Virus record (IMG/VR): IMGVR_UViG_3300002098_000039
Source of the DNA: a virus
DNA: 59,133 nucleotides
Strand: one strand, 5' to 3'
The translations under genes and the position numbers were made by a program. Every line of letters starts with the position of its first letter. The first letter of the stretch is position 1. The notes under the pieces are model-generated. The model saw only the letters and a program-made list of their open reading frames with translations. It was not told where the DNA came from and ran no database searches. This document shows positions 36,886 to 45,125 of this stretch, one piece after another.

Positions 36886-37283
36886 TATTTAGTCCCTCCA
36901 AGTAAAGTAGCAGTTGCAGTGTTCGGATCTTGAGCTTGCGTGCCTAGCGCTGCGCCCGCGCCTGCTGCTGAACTCCCAGCCGCCGCTGCCCGTGCGCGGT
37001 TAGCCGCTGTGGCTGCTGTAGCTCCTGCTACATTATTCACCGGGCTAGACGCTGCACTCGCCAGCGTTGGGGCGTTCGCCTGCGTTGGAGCCGCCGCCGG
37101 GGGCGCTAGCAGCGACTTGTTATACGCCTCTTGCGCAGTCATGTTATACACCGTTCCTGCAAAAGACGCTAAAGACCCTATAGCCCCTGCAGTACCCACC
37201 GCCGCCGTAACATCCGCAGCCGTCACCGCACCTAATCCTATGTCTGTTATAACTGCTGCCGTCCCTGCTGCCGTAATACCCAT
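36885..37283 (-). CDS. Ala/Gly/Thr-rich protein
   Basis: ORF in operon orientation. The antisense ORF 36940-37302 is judged a composition artefact. Confidence 0.5.
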   Translation of the reverse strand: MGITAAGTAAVITDIGLGAVTAADVTAAVGTAGAIGSLASFAGTVYNMTAQEAYNKSLLAPPAAAPTQANAPTLASAASSPVNNVAGATAATAANRARAAAAGSSAAGAGAALGTQAQDPNTATATLLGGTK

Positions 37284-37284
37284 A

Positions 37285-37911
37285 TCACGCTTCCTTGTTT
37301 AACGGTATCGCACCCATACGCACTAAACGTATTAATTCTCGTTTACACAAACTCTTAAAACTGTCAATTCCAGATTTATTCTGAAAACGGTATAATACTA
37401 AAGACCTAAAATCCACCTGTATGTTCATACCCCGCATATACTCCCACCACCCTTTATCGAATTTATAAGGTAGGCAAAATTCAAATATAGTCGCACAAGT
37501 TTCTTCTTTATCAAGGTCTTCATAATTTACTACCAACACTGAAGGATCGCGCGTTATACGATCAATAGCCCGACGCCCCCGATACAAAACTTTACGCAAT
37601 TTATCTCGGTCAAAAGTAGCTACGCCGCTTAAATCTAAACGCATCACGCTCTCTACGCAGTCTTCTACTGGACGCAAAATGACTACTTCTTTAAGCCCCG
37701 GAATCATATATTTTAGCAAACACCTGCCATAAGGCGCACCGGTTTCTATAGTCCCTGTGTTAGATTGTAAAAAGAGATCCCGAATGTCTGAAAGAGAACG
37801 CATCACCATAGCTTTCTCATGGTGGCACACCCAATCACCATAACTCAGAAACATAGACAACCATGCGGTACGGCTGCGTGGTAGTGCGTATACTACGAAA
37901 GGTGAAGCCAT
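37285..37911 (-). CDS. Sulfotransferase-like protein (tentative)
   Basis: N-terminal VVYALPRSRTAWLS resembles the 5'-phosphosulfate-binding loop (PKSGTTW) of sulfotransferases. About 200 aa. Confidence 0.4.
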   Translation of the reverse strand: MASPFVVYALPRSRTAWLSMFLSYGDWVCHHEKAMVMRSLSDIRDLFLQSNTGTIETGAPYGRCLLKYMIPGLKEVVILRPVEDCVESVMRLDLSGVATFDRDKLRKVLYRGRRAIDRITRDPSVLVVNYEDLDKEETCATIFEFCLPYKFDKGWWEYMRGMNIQVDFRSLVLYRFQNKSGIDSFKSLCKRELIRLVRMGAIPLNKEA

Positions 37912-37959
37912 GTACTATGTCGCGCCGTTGGGTTTCGTGATGATTGTATACTATGCCTG

Positions 37960-38310
37960 CTAAAGCTTCAATATGATTTTTAATCTTACTCGTAGTACCC
38001 CTACGTCTATATCTGCCATTTCACACCACAAATCTAATTCTCGGCTATTAAGGAAGTTTCTTGCCATTGTGCGGTTATACGCCGCTTCATTCTTACGTGC
38101 CACCACTTGCGCGTCTTGAATTGCTTGCGCTATTTTAGCTTTGGCCAATGCTCTTAAAGCTTTCATTTCACGGTTAACATCGGGGGAGTCATACGCCATA
38201 CTAAAATACCGCACAATCATACTACCCCGCACCCGTATCACAGGGTCAATACCGGCGGCTATCCCCGAAGGACAATATGTCACAGGGAAATCGCCGGTAT
38301 CTACACCCAT
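37960..38310 (-). CDS. Hypothetical protein
   Basis: ORF in the late operon. Confidence 0.5.
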   Translation of the reverse strand: MGVDTGDFPVTYCPSGIAAGIDPVIRVRGSMIVRYFSMAYDSPDVNREMKALRALAKAKIAQAIQDAQVVARKNEAAYNRTMARNFLNSRELDLWCEMADIDVGVLRVRLKIILKL

Positions 38311-38313
38311 GCG

Positions 38314-38484
38314 CTACTCTTTTCCGTATCGTTTGGCTATTTTAGACTTCTTGGCGGCTTTTTCCTTATCTGCTTCATGGAACTCCTTAGCCACCGATTG
38401 AGGTATACCTGCTTCCGCCGCAAATTTAGCGTTATGCGCCGCAGCGTTCATAAACTTTTTCTGTTTTTCGCTTTTAGATGGCAT
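38314..38484 (-). CDS. Small basic protein (56 aa), DUF3008-like
   Basis: Hand-translated MPSKSEKQKKFMNAAAHNAKFAAEAGIPQSVAKEFHEADKEKAAKKSKIAKRYGKE. The ATG overlaps the upstream stop by 1 nt. Confidence 0.45.
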   Translation of the reverse strand: MPSKSEKQKKFMNAAAHNAKFAAEAGIPQSVAKEFHEADKEKAAKKSKIAKRYGKE

Positions 38485-38780
38485 CAGCGCCCCACATACA
38501 TCGAACCGTACATCGTATCGACAATGCGGGGTTGCGAGTTCAATTGCTGCTGTTGTTGATCGATCTGGCGTTGCATGTTCTGAAATTGGTCTTGTTGCAC
38601 CGCCCGGGCTTGCTCCATATGCATTTGTTGGCTAAAAGCATTGGCGGATTCTGCGGCGGAAGCGGCTTGGGCGTTGTTCATCTCGAAACGCATCTCGTCA
38701 GCAGCATAATCCGCCACCGCAGGAAAAGCGAAAAGCAAGTTGCTCACTAGTACAAAATACTTTATTTTACCTGTAGCCAT
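38484..38780 (-). CDS. Secreted Gln-rich protein
   Basis: Signal-peptide-like N-terminus KYFVLVSNLLFAFPAVA|DY and a poly-Gln stretch. Confidence 0.5.
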   Translation of the reverse strand: MATGKIKYFVLVSNLLFAFPAVADYAADEMRFEMNNAQAASAAESANAFSQQMHMEQARAVQQDQFQNMQRQIDQQQQQLNSQPRIVDTMYGSMYVGR

Positions 38781-38851
38781 GTGATGACTCCCTCATTGCG
38801 TGGTTAGGGATAGATCGAAGGTGCTAAAGACACCTCTCTATCCCGACCAAC

Positions 38852-41569
38852 TTATCTGTTTTTGTTCAGGTAGTCAACTGATAAGCTGTCATAATTCGAT
38901 TTATGGTTTCCACTCAGCTCCTGATTCACATAACTTAATGCTAGAGGGTCGTACTGGTACGAGTGCCCCGACCCATGCCGACTCTCCAAAGCTCGGCGAT
39001 GATCGGAAGGAACTACAGCATAAGAAAATGTCAGGGCTAGGCTGTCGGCCTTATCTGGGGAAGACAGCCCCCGCTTCTTCATATCGCCCTTCTTCTCCAA
39101 AATTATAACATCCCTGCCATCTTTGTACACATAACCGTACTGCACAGAAGTCAGCTCATCGGCCAGATCTGGGTCATCGGGTATCGATCCTCCCGCCAAC
39201 CAGTCCCGCATGTACCCCCACATCTCAGCGCGCTTATTCGCATAACGTACCGCTCCACTCTCGGTGTCCATCGACCGGTCGGCCCGACCGCCAAACTGCA
39301 CTTCGATCACCGGCTGACGCAACATCCGCAGACGATCCACTACACCACCGCCTACACCGCCAGCATCCACGAATATCGCATCGGGCTTAAATTCCGCCGC
39401 TGCATCTACTATCGCTGCTGCCAACGTCATCGTATCAACACCGCGAAATATCTTCCAGCGCAAAGATGAAGCATCCCTACCTACTCTGAAACAGATGCTT
39501 GATGCATCATCGCCAAATCGCGCCACGTCCACACCCATTACCCGCACATCGTTTAGATGCGCTTCGGCAGGACGCCGACGTGCTTCTTCCACGATATCGC
39601 TTGGAATAAACTGCAAACTACCACTGCGCGGAAACTCACCGCGAACGCGAACCCGTACAAAGTCGCTATCCTCACCGTAATCGTCGATCCAAGTTTGGAT
39701 CTGGGCTTTATTCGTGCCATCCACCGTTCGGCTGTCGATCTGCCGCGTCACCCATCTATGTTTAAACTTTCCGAAGCATTCCCGGAACCGCCCCGTATTT
39801 TGCGTTGGGTTCCCGAAGGCCAGCCAAATGATCTCCGTATCGGCGTCGGTCATCGCGCCTTCAGCTACTTCCCATACTTTGTCTGAGATTGCGCTGCTTT
39901 CATCGAAGACCAGTACAAGGCGTTTTCCCTGATTGTGCAAACCCGCGAAAGCCTCAGTATTGTTTTCGCTCCAAGGAATCGCATCTGCGCGCCAGTTCAG
40001 CTCTTGGCCCTTCTCCGTGGACAACACCGCCGTAGCTGTATTCTCAAACCAATGCGCATTTATGGAATTACGTACCCACTTTGTCACTTCCGGCCACGTT
40101 TTAGTGCGTAACTGATTTTCCGTATTGGCCGTGACAACCACCTTAGCACCAGTGCAGGTCGATAGCGCCCAATCAATTAACATGGAGACTAATGAGCTAT
40201 TGTGGGTGACTATAAAATCGTTGGCGAGATACAAATGGTCGGGGGCGTCAACAGTAATGCAGTGCCCATCGCCTGTGTGATCGTACTCTATCGAACGCAC
40301 AATCTTTATCGGTTCGCGTTTCGTCGTAGCAACATAGTCGTCGTACATTTCCGCTTTACGTTGCAGATAAAACGGATTTATGGAATTTGGCAAATTGATA
40401 TGCACTTCGTAGTTATCCGCCGTTGCGCCGTACCCTGTACCCCGCCGATCATCCACGCTGTAGCTCGCTGTACCTCCGAGAGATCTGACCAGCCACACCA
40501 CATCATCGCGTAATCGCTCGGAAGACGTGGAGTACTGAACCTTGTACCCTGCGCGTCCGTTGTCACCTTTACGCGGGGAAATCGTACCGTCGCTATCCAT
40601 CAAACCTCGAAGAAGATGAATCCGGTTTTCTGCGGAATTGTATTTAAAAAAATCAGGAATAAATTTGTCATGGCCGTGCTGTCCGTGGATACCTAGCCTC
40701 AGCAGCTCAACATAAACCGGATTGAAGCTGTAGCCGTCGCTGTCCCAGTTATTGGCCGTTATGTTTAGATACGTCTTATCACTGCCTCGGAATGCGCACT
40801 CCTTTGGCAATAGCGAACCCATGTAGCCGTATAGCTCAGGCTCGTGGCAAGAAACTTTAACGGCTCCGGGCGTGCGCATACTTCCGTTCCCTAACAGATA
40901 CCCCATGAGGTAAGGATGGACAGCGCAATCGCTGTGAGAGTACTCGACAGGTGCTGTCAACGGCACGCTGTACCCGCGCTTCAAATTCTTACGTATGTCG
41001 TCTGTGGTCACTATTTCGGGTGCATAGCCTCTAACGCGCCCCCACTTTGTCATCACCTGCCATTGGTGCTCCAAACCCGCGTAGGTGAACGTTCCGTCGC
41101 TGAACGTGACTTTGTAAAACTCCCAATCCGCATGGACGTATTTGTTTATAACTTTGGCGGGTTTTCCGTCACGCCCCCAAACACTGGACCCTACCTCAAC
41201 GTCGCCCCACTTCTTCTGACCTTCAGGAGTATCTAACCCTATGATATTACTCAAAACTTTGCCAATCCCATGTCCTGATGCCACGGCGATCTGTAGCGGT
41301 GTGTGCCGCGTAGCCGGATTGCGCAGATGCTTGCCGATAGTGTTCGCTATATCCGATTGCCATGTACGCAGACCTTGCGACTTTGCGAATTCACCTTCAC
41401 CCCACGGATACGCTATTTTACAAAAAAGCGCAGGATCGTAGCGCGATAACGCCATTACCTCCAGTAGCCTGCTTTCGTGTGAAGCTTTTGGGTTGGCCAA
41501 GGCTTCCGCTGCTTGCGCGTAAGCTTTGTCTGGGTTGTAATTATCGCCAATGATGTCATCTGGTGTCAT
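38852..41569 (-). CDS. terL: Terminase large subunit, interrupted by an intein in the Walker A motif
   Basis: Exteins: ...VASGHGIGK | SSLVSMLIDWALST... (P-loop), VLVFDESS (Walker B) and a C-terminal nuclease domain. 353 extra codons lie between K104 and S458. Confidence 0.9.
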   Translation of the reverse strand: MTPDDIIGDNYNPDKAYAQAAEALANPKASHESRLLEVMALSRYDPALFCKIAYPWGEGEFAKSQGLRTWQSDIANTIGKHLRNPATRHTPLQIAVASGHGIGKVLSNIIGLDTPEGQKKWGDVEVGSSVWGRDGKPAKVINKYVHADWEFYKVTFSDGTFTYAGLEHQWQVMTKWGRVRGYAPEIVTTDDIRKNLKRGYSVPLTAPVEYSHSDCAVHPYLMGYLLGNGSMRTPGAVKVSCHEPELYGYMGSLLPKECAFRGSDKTYLNITANNWDSDGYSFNPVYVELLRLGIHGQHGHDKFIPDFFKYNSAENRIHLLRGLMDSDGTISPRKGDNGRAGYKVQYSTSSERLRDDVVWLVRSLGGTASYSVDDRRGTGYGATADNYEVHINLPNSINPFYLQRKAEMYDDYVATTKREPIKIVRSIEYDHTGDGHCITVDAPDHLYLANDFIVTHNSSLVSMLIDWALSTCTGAKVVVTANTENQLRTKTWPEVTKWVRNSINAHWFENTATAVLSTEKGQELNWRADAIPWSENNTEAFAGLHNQGKRLVLVFDESSAISDKVWEVAEGAMTDADTEIIWLAFGNPTQNTGRFRECFGKFKHRWVTRQIDSRTVDGTNKAQIQTWIDDYGEDSDFVRVRVRGEFPRSGSLQFIPSDIVEEARRRPAEAHLNDVRVMGVDVARFGDDASSICFRVGRDASSLRWKIFRGVDTMTLAAAIVDAAAEFKPDAIFVDAGGVGGGVVDRLRMLRQPVIEVQFGGRADRSMDTESGAVRYANKRAEMWGYMRDWLAGGSIPDDPDLADELTSVQYGYVYKDGRDVIILEKKGDMKKRGLSSPDKADSLALTFSYAVVPSDHRRALESRHGSGHSYQYDPLALSYVNQELSGNHKSNYDSLSVDYLNKNR
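40199..41257 (-). mobile_element. Intein (353 codons) with LAGLIDADG homing-endonuclease domain; class-3-type WCT signature
   Basis: Ends with ...FIVTHN followed by Ser. Block B is DGTFTYAGLEHQW and block F is GHCITVD. LAGLIDADG motifs are YLMGYLLGNGS and LLRGLMDSDGT. The first residue is Val, which is not a nucleophile. Confidence 0.8.
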
Positions 41570-41981
41570 TGCTAGAAATTTTATATTTTTTTTATAAAAA
41601 AATCAAGCATCTCCCGTGATTATCAGGATCTAGAGGTGTCTAGACGTTGCGTACTGGGTACATAAGTCTTTGAAAAGTTTGAGATTTTATAATTATGCGG
41701 CGGGTACGACACCCCTCTATGTTACTAGAGAACGGTACCTGCCAGCGTTGTGGGGCGTTCGACCTTTTTTAGACCCCCGGCATGTCGCTAATCGCTACAC
41801 CGCAACGCCTCTTAATCACTAAGCCGTTGAATTATATCAATTCAACACACAACCGAATATATTATCCAGTAGTATAAGCGGATTAATAGCCGTTTCATCT
41901 TGTAGGTCAGATTCGTTGGGCCGGTGATGCCAGTGTTATATTAGCTGAGTATCGCAAGGCGCAACGTTCATACGCAAGGCG

Positions 41982-42473
41982 CTAGATAATATCATCAGGC
42001 GCGATAGTTGCTTGGTGCTCTATAACTTTGGTTTGTGGGGTAATATCCTTTAAAAGACGCTGCTGCGCTGCGATAAGACGCAGGGAAAGCGGCTCACCAT
42101 CTTTGCCAGATATTTCTACTTGCTGCTTATCTGCGTACTTTTTAGACCATTTAGCTAAAAGCTTCAATGTCGTTTCTACCACCAGTTTATCGCGGTTTAT
42201 ATCGCCTGTAGAATAGTTCTCTACCCCTTTTGCCACTAATAAGCTTTGTTCGGCTAGTGAATCATATCCACGTTCGCGCGCCTGCGCGATGTTTGCTTGT
42301 ATGTTAGGGATTTTTCCATCTGCTAACCAATGTTGGATAGTATGAAAACTAGGTAAATGCTCATCCCGGCAAATACTTGTCAAAGTTTCCCCCTTACCGA
42401 TACGCTGGTATATCTCATCCATTACTGCGGGAGTATAAACCGTTGTATGCGTTGTAAAGTTACCTTGAGCCAT
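41982..42473 (-). CDS. terS: Terminase small subunit
   Basis: N-terminal HTH-like TPAVMDEIYQRIGKGETLTSICRDEHLPSFHTIQHWL, then ...ARERGYDSLAEQ...LKLLAKWSKKYADK. First gene of the late arm. Confidence 0.65.
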   Translation of the reverse strand: MAQGNFTTHTTVYTPAVMDEIYQRIGKGETLTSICRDEHLPSFHTIQHWLADGKIPNIQANIAQARERGYDSLAEQSLLVAKGVENYSTGDINRDKLVVETTLKLLAKWSKKYADKQQVEISGKDGEPLSLRLIAAQQRLLKDITPQTKVIEHQATIAPDDII

Positions 42474-42586
42474 AAAAGCATTATACTTCAGTACGCATCG
42501 TTAGTCAACTGCCCGCCTGAAATACGCATAATCAGTACGTTGAACAATTCTTGGGAATATTGAATTGGTGAGTTTCGCATAATACC

Positions 42587-42615
42587 AATGTAATTCAATA
42601 CGCTTAATCTGTCAA
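42587..42615 (-). promoter_or_regulatory. Candidate late-arm promoter (-35 TTGACA, 17-nt spacer, -10 TACATT)
   Basis: On the plus strand, the reverse complement of TTGACA lies at 42610-42615 and of TACATT at 42587-42592, about 110 nt upstream of terS. Confidence 0.3.
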
Positions 42616-42991
42616 TGCTTAGTCATATAGTAGTTACTACTAGAAAATACGCATAATCGCAACATTATAACCTTGCTTATACTAGCTACAATAACGCTCT
42701 AATCCCTGCCAGCTTGTCAACCCTCACTATCGCCCTAGCCATTACATACGATTTAAACCGATTCTCAGGCGATTCTAGCACTATTGAATGTATTTTAGGT
42801 TACTTTGTAGCTACGGCGCATTGCAGCGCGTTCTAACGCTGCATTATCCGACATTACTACTTTGCATCTTTTCTAACTATCCGAACGACGACCTCACGCC
42901 CGGAGTCCGACCGGCGGCATCAAGCCGCAGGAAGGGAGGACGAGGACGGAAGGGAGGAGTTGTATGATTTATACACGCGCGCGCATTAGGC

Positions 42992-43124
42992 AATCCTCTA
43001 AGGACGCTTTTTAGCAGGATATGCTAATCCTCTGAGGATTTCCTCTGAGGACGTTTTAGACTATTTACAAAAACATGGTAAAAGCGTATTGTGCTATTAT
43101 CCTCAGAGGAAATCCTCAGAGGAC
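42992..43124 (+). promoter_or_regulatory. Early rightward promoter flanked by five TCCTC-N-GAGGA palindromic sites
   Basis: -35 TTTACA at 43064-43069, 17-nt spacer, -10 TATTGT at 43087-43092. Sites at 42992-43006 (variant), 43026-43038, 43039-43053, 43100-43110 and 43111-43124. Confidence 0.5.
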
Positions 43125-43152
43125 ATTTAACACCTAAAACAAGGATTGTAGC

Positions 43153-43776
43153 ATGAGAAATATCAATAGTGGCGATTCCTTAGAGGATATTAAACCGGGC
43201 GATAAAGTAACTTTCATAAACAGATTAAACCAAGTATTCACTTGCATATCCATAGGTGACGCATGGGGTAAGGAAACGGTACAGTTAAGCGCACCTTGCG
43301 AAACGTGCTCAGAGATTTTTGAAACATCTATGGGCCGGACTGCCACTTATCCTACGCGCAAATGTAAGGATCACCGCAAGAGAGCTGGAGAACAGAAAGC
43401 CGCGCCGGTTAAAGACTTCAAAGGCATGTGCTACATGGAATATGCTGTAAAGAACGGCTCAGCCGCGCCTTATGAGGAGCGTAAACCTTTCGGTGAGGAA
43501 TTGGCGTGGGATCAGTGTTTAGGTACGCGTGATGGCTCGCTGCTCACTATGGCTTTATGGGACGCGTATAATGACGCGTCAAAGCGTTTAGAGCGCAAGC
43601 ATGGTTTAACTAATGCTTGGTGTGATGCATTAGAAAAATGGGCGCTAAAAAACAATCTTATCCTCATGGAGTACGGCGTTCCATGTGAATTTGATACGCC
43701 TGAAAGCGCCGAAATAGCGCGGTCATGGCGGGAAGAACTACGCAATCATATCGCAGTTGATGACATTATAGGTTAG
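43153..43776 (+). CDS. Hypothetical early protein
   Basis: First ORF of the rightward arm; SD AAGGA. Confidence 0.6.
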   Translation: MRNINSGDSLEDIKPGDKVTFINRLNQVFTCISIGDAWGKETVQLSAPCETCSEIFETSMGRTATYPTRKCKDHRKRAGEQKAAPVKDFKGMCYMEYAVKNGSAAPYEERKPFGEELAWDQCLGTRDGSLLTMALWDAYNDASKRLERKHGLTNAWCDALEKWALKNNLILMEYGVPCEFDTPESAEIARSWREELRNHIAVDDIIG

Positions 43777-43890
43777 TTTTATTGTGATAGTGGCTATAAT
43801 ATCTTTATATCTCAATAGGTATAAAAATAATGTAGTCACTATCATTTTTGTTGTTGACTACTGGTTTTAGCTAGTATATAGTCACTATTA
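43773..43890 (+). promoter_or_regulatory. Tandem promoter candidates overlapped by three copies of a 12-nt TAG[TC]CACTAT[CT]A site
   Basis: TTGACT at 43854-43859, 17-nt spacer, TATAGT at 43877-43882. Upstream TTAGTT(43773-43778)-16 nt-TATAAT(43795-43800). Sites at 43785-43796 (inverted), 43833-43844 and 43879-43890. Confidence 0.45.
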
Positions 43891-44067
43891 GAAATTGATT
43901 AGTTGATCGGTTTCGGGAATGAACATTATGGAAGGTTTTTTATGAAAGAAGCACGCGCCGGGATAGTGGCGGTATTCGATGAACTAAGGCAGAAAGCATT
44001 TTAATCGGCTTTTGAACAGGTGGCAGGTTAATTCCTGCCGCCGATTGAAAGGCTGTTACTTATTGTT

Positions 44068-44292
44068 ATGCGTGCTCTTGGTTGGCTTACCCTTTCACCA
44101 ATCAAGAGCACGCGCCAGAAAGGATTGAATATGGAAGTGCAACACACAAAAGCGCCCGAACTGCTGGAAATGCTTAAGCTTATGGTTGATATGTTTGAGC
44201 GCCATATAGAAGGCAGGGAAGGCCCGGACGATGCCGCTATACGTTGGGATATGGCCCGCGCTGCAATCGCAAAAGCAACGGGGAAACTATGA
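44068..44292 (+). CDS. Hypothetical protein (alternative start at ATG 44131)
   Basis: ORF whose stop overlaps the next ATG. Confidence 0.45.
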   Translation: MRALGWLTLSPIKSTRQKGLNMEVQHTKAPELLEMLKLMVDMFERHIEGREGPDDAAIRWDMARAAIAKATGKL

Positions 44293-44489
44293 CACAAACA
44301 CAAAAAGCAGACATTAAAATGGCCTTGGCTTTTGGCTTCGCAATCATAGCAACCTTTTTTATTATCGGTATGTTTGACGGCATAGACAGGGCCTTAGAAG
44401 CGCAAGAAAGGCGTAACCGGTTAAGCGTGTATTGCCAGCAAGCCGGAGCGATAGAAACACTTTGCAACCAAGGGGAGTTAACCAAATGA
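44289..44489 (+). CDS. Small membrane protein
   Basis: ATGA-coupled. TM segment MALAFGFAIIATFFIIGMF. Confidence 0.5.
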   Translation: MTQTQKADIKMALAFGFAIIATFFIIGMFDGIDRALEAQERRNRLSVYCQQAGAIETLCNQGELTK

Positions 44490-44734
44490 GCTACAAACCG
44501 CGTTTTAGAAATATCGAAATATCACCGCAGCATGATATGCAAATGTACAAGGCCGAATCCATGATGAAATATTGGGTTATAGCGTTTATCGCTGTAGCTT
44601 GGTTTACACGTAGTGAAGTAATACCGGAAAGCCAGCCGTTGATCCATGTGCAATACCAGCAACCGCATCACCATAAAGCCAATGAAGTGAATATATTGCG
44701 CTCGTTAGGTTTAACCGATTATGAGGGCGAATAG
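44486..44734 (+). CDS. Small membrane protein
   Basis: ATGA-coupled. TM segment YWVIAFIAVAWF. Confidence 0.5.
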   Translation: MSYKPRFRNIEISPQHDMQMYKAESMMKYWVIAFIAVAWFTRSEVIPESQPLIHVQYQQPHHHKANEVNILRSLGLTDYEGE

Positions 44735-44736
44735 GT

Positions 44737-44973
44737 ATGGAAACAAAAACACCGCAACCGCCAAAAACGGACTTTAAGCGTATCAGCCCGCTGACGCTGG
44801 TAATTCTATTAACCATTGGCATTATAGCATTAATGTCACAATGCACGTATCACATACCAGAAAGGCATGTGCTAGTATGGGCTAACCACAAAGCGGAGAT
44901 GCTTGCAAATGTATATGGCCTAACGCCGGAAAGCGTAGATAATGCAATCGACATATTTGGGGAACGCAAATGA
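44737..44973 (+). CDS. Small membrane protein
   Basis: TM segment LTLVILLTIGIIALM. Confidence 0.5.
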   Translation: METKTPQPPKTDFKRISPLTLVILLTIGIIALMSQCTYHIPERHVLVWANHKAEMLANVYGLTPESVDNAIDIFGERK

Positions 44974-45125
44974 AAAACCACACGTGGAGAAACAAGAAAC
45001 ACTACCCGGCATTTGGTGAAGCGTTGTCATTAGACGCCGTGGAAGATCTAAAAACGGACGACTACGCCCCGGCGCTATTAGAAAGGAAGTTATACGATGA
45101 AAGCTTACAAAATCGGGATATGTGA
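44970..45125 (+). CDS. Hypothetical small protein (51 aa)
   Basis: ATGA-coupled; translated by hand. Confidence 0.35.
   Translation: MKNHTWRNKKHYPAFGEALSLDAVEDLKTDDYAPALLERKLYDESLQNRDM

Noticed and set aside
36940-37302. 120-codon plus-strand ORF opposite the Ala/Gly-rich gene
   Set aside because: It is a mirror-image Ala-rich artefact of GC-rich Ala/Gly codons. The minus-strand ORF is in operon orientation and is coupled to its neighbours.
41730-41790. GGGGCGTTCGACC, resembling a tRNA T-arm/T-loop, in the terS-terL gap
   Set aside because: I could not fold a complementary T-stem, acceptor stem or anticodon arm around it on either strand. No tRNA is called.
42518-42665. Repeated AATACGCATAATC motif (about 42518 and 42643, plus a related TTCGCATAATAC at about 42575) as promoter -10 elements
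   Set aside because: There is no acceptable -35 at the proper spacing on either strand, and only two or three short copies exist. Noted but too weak to report as a feature.
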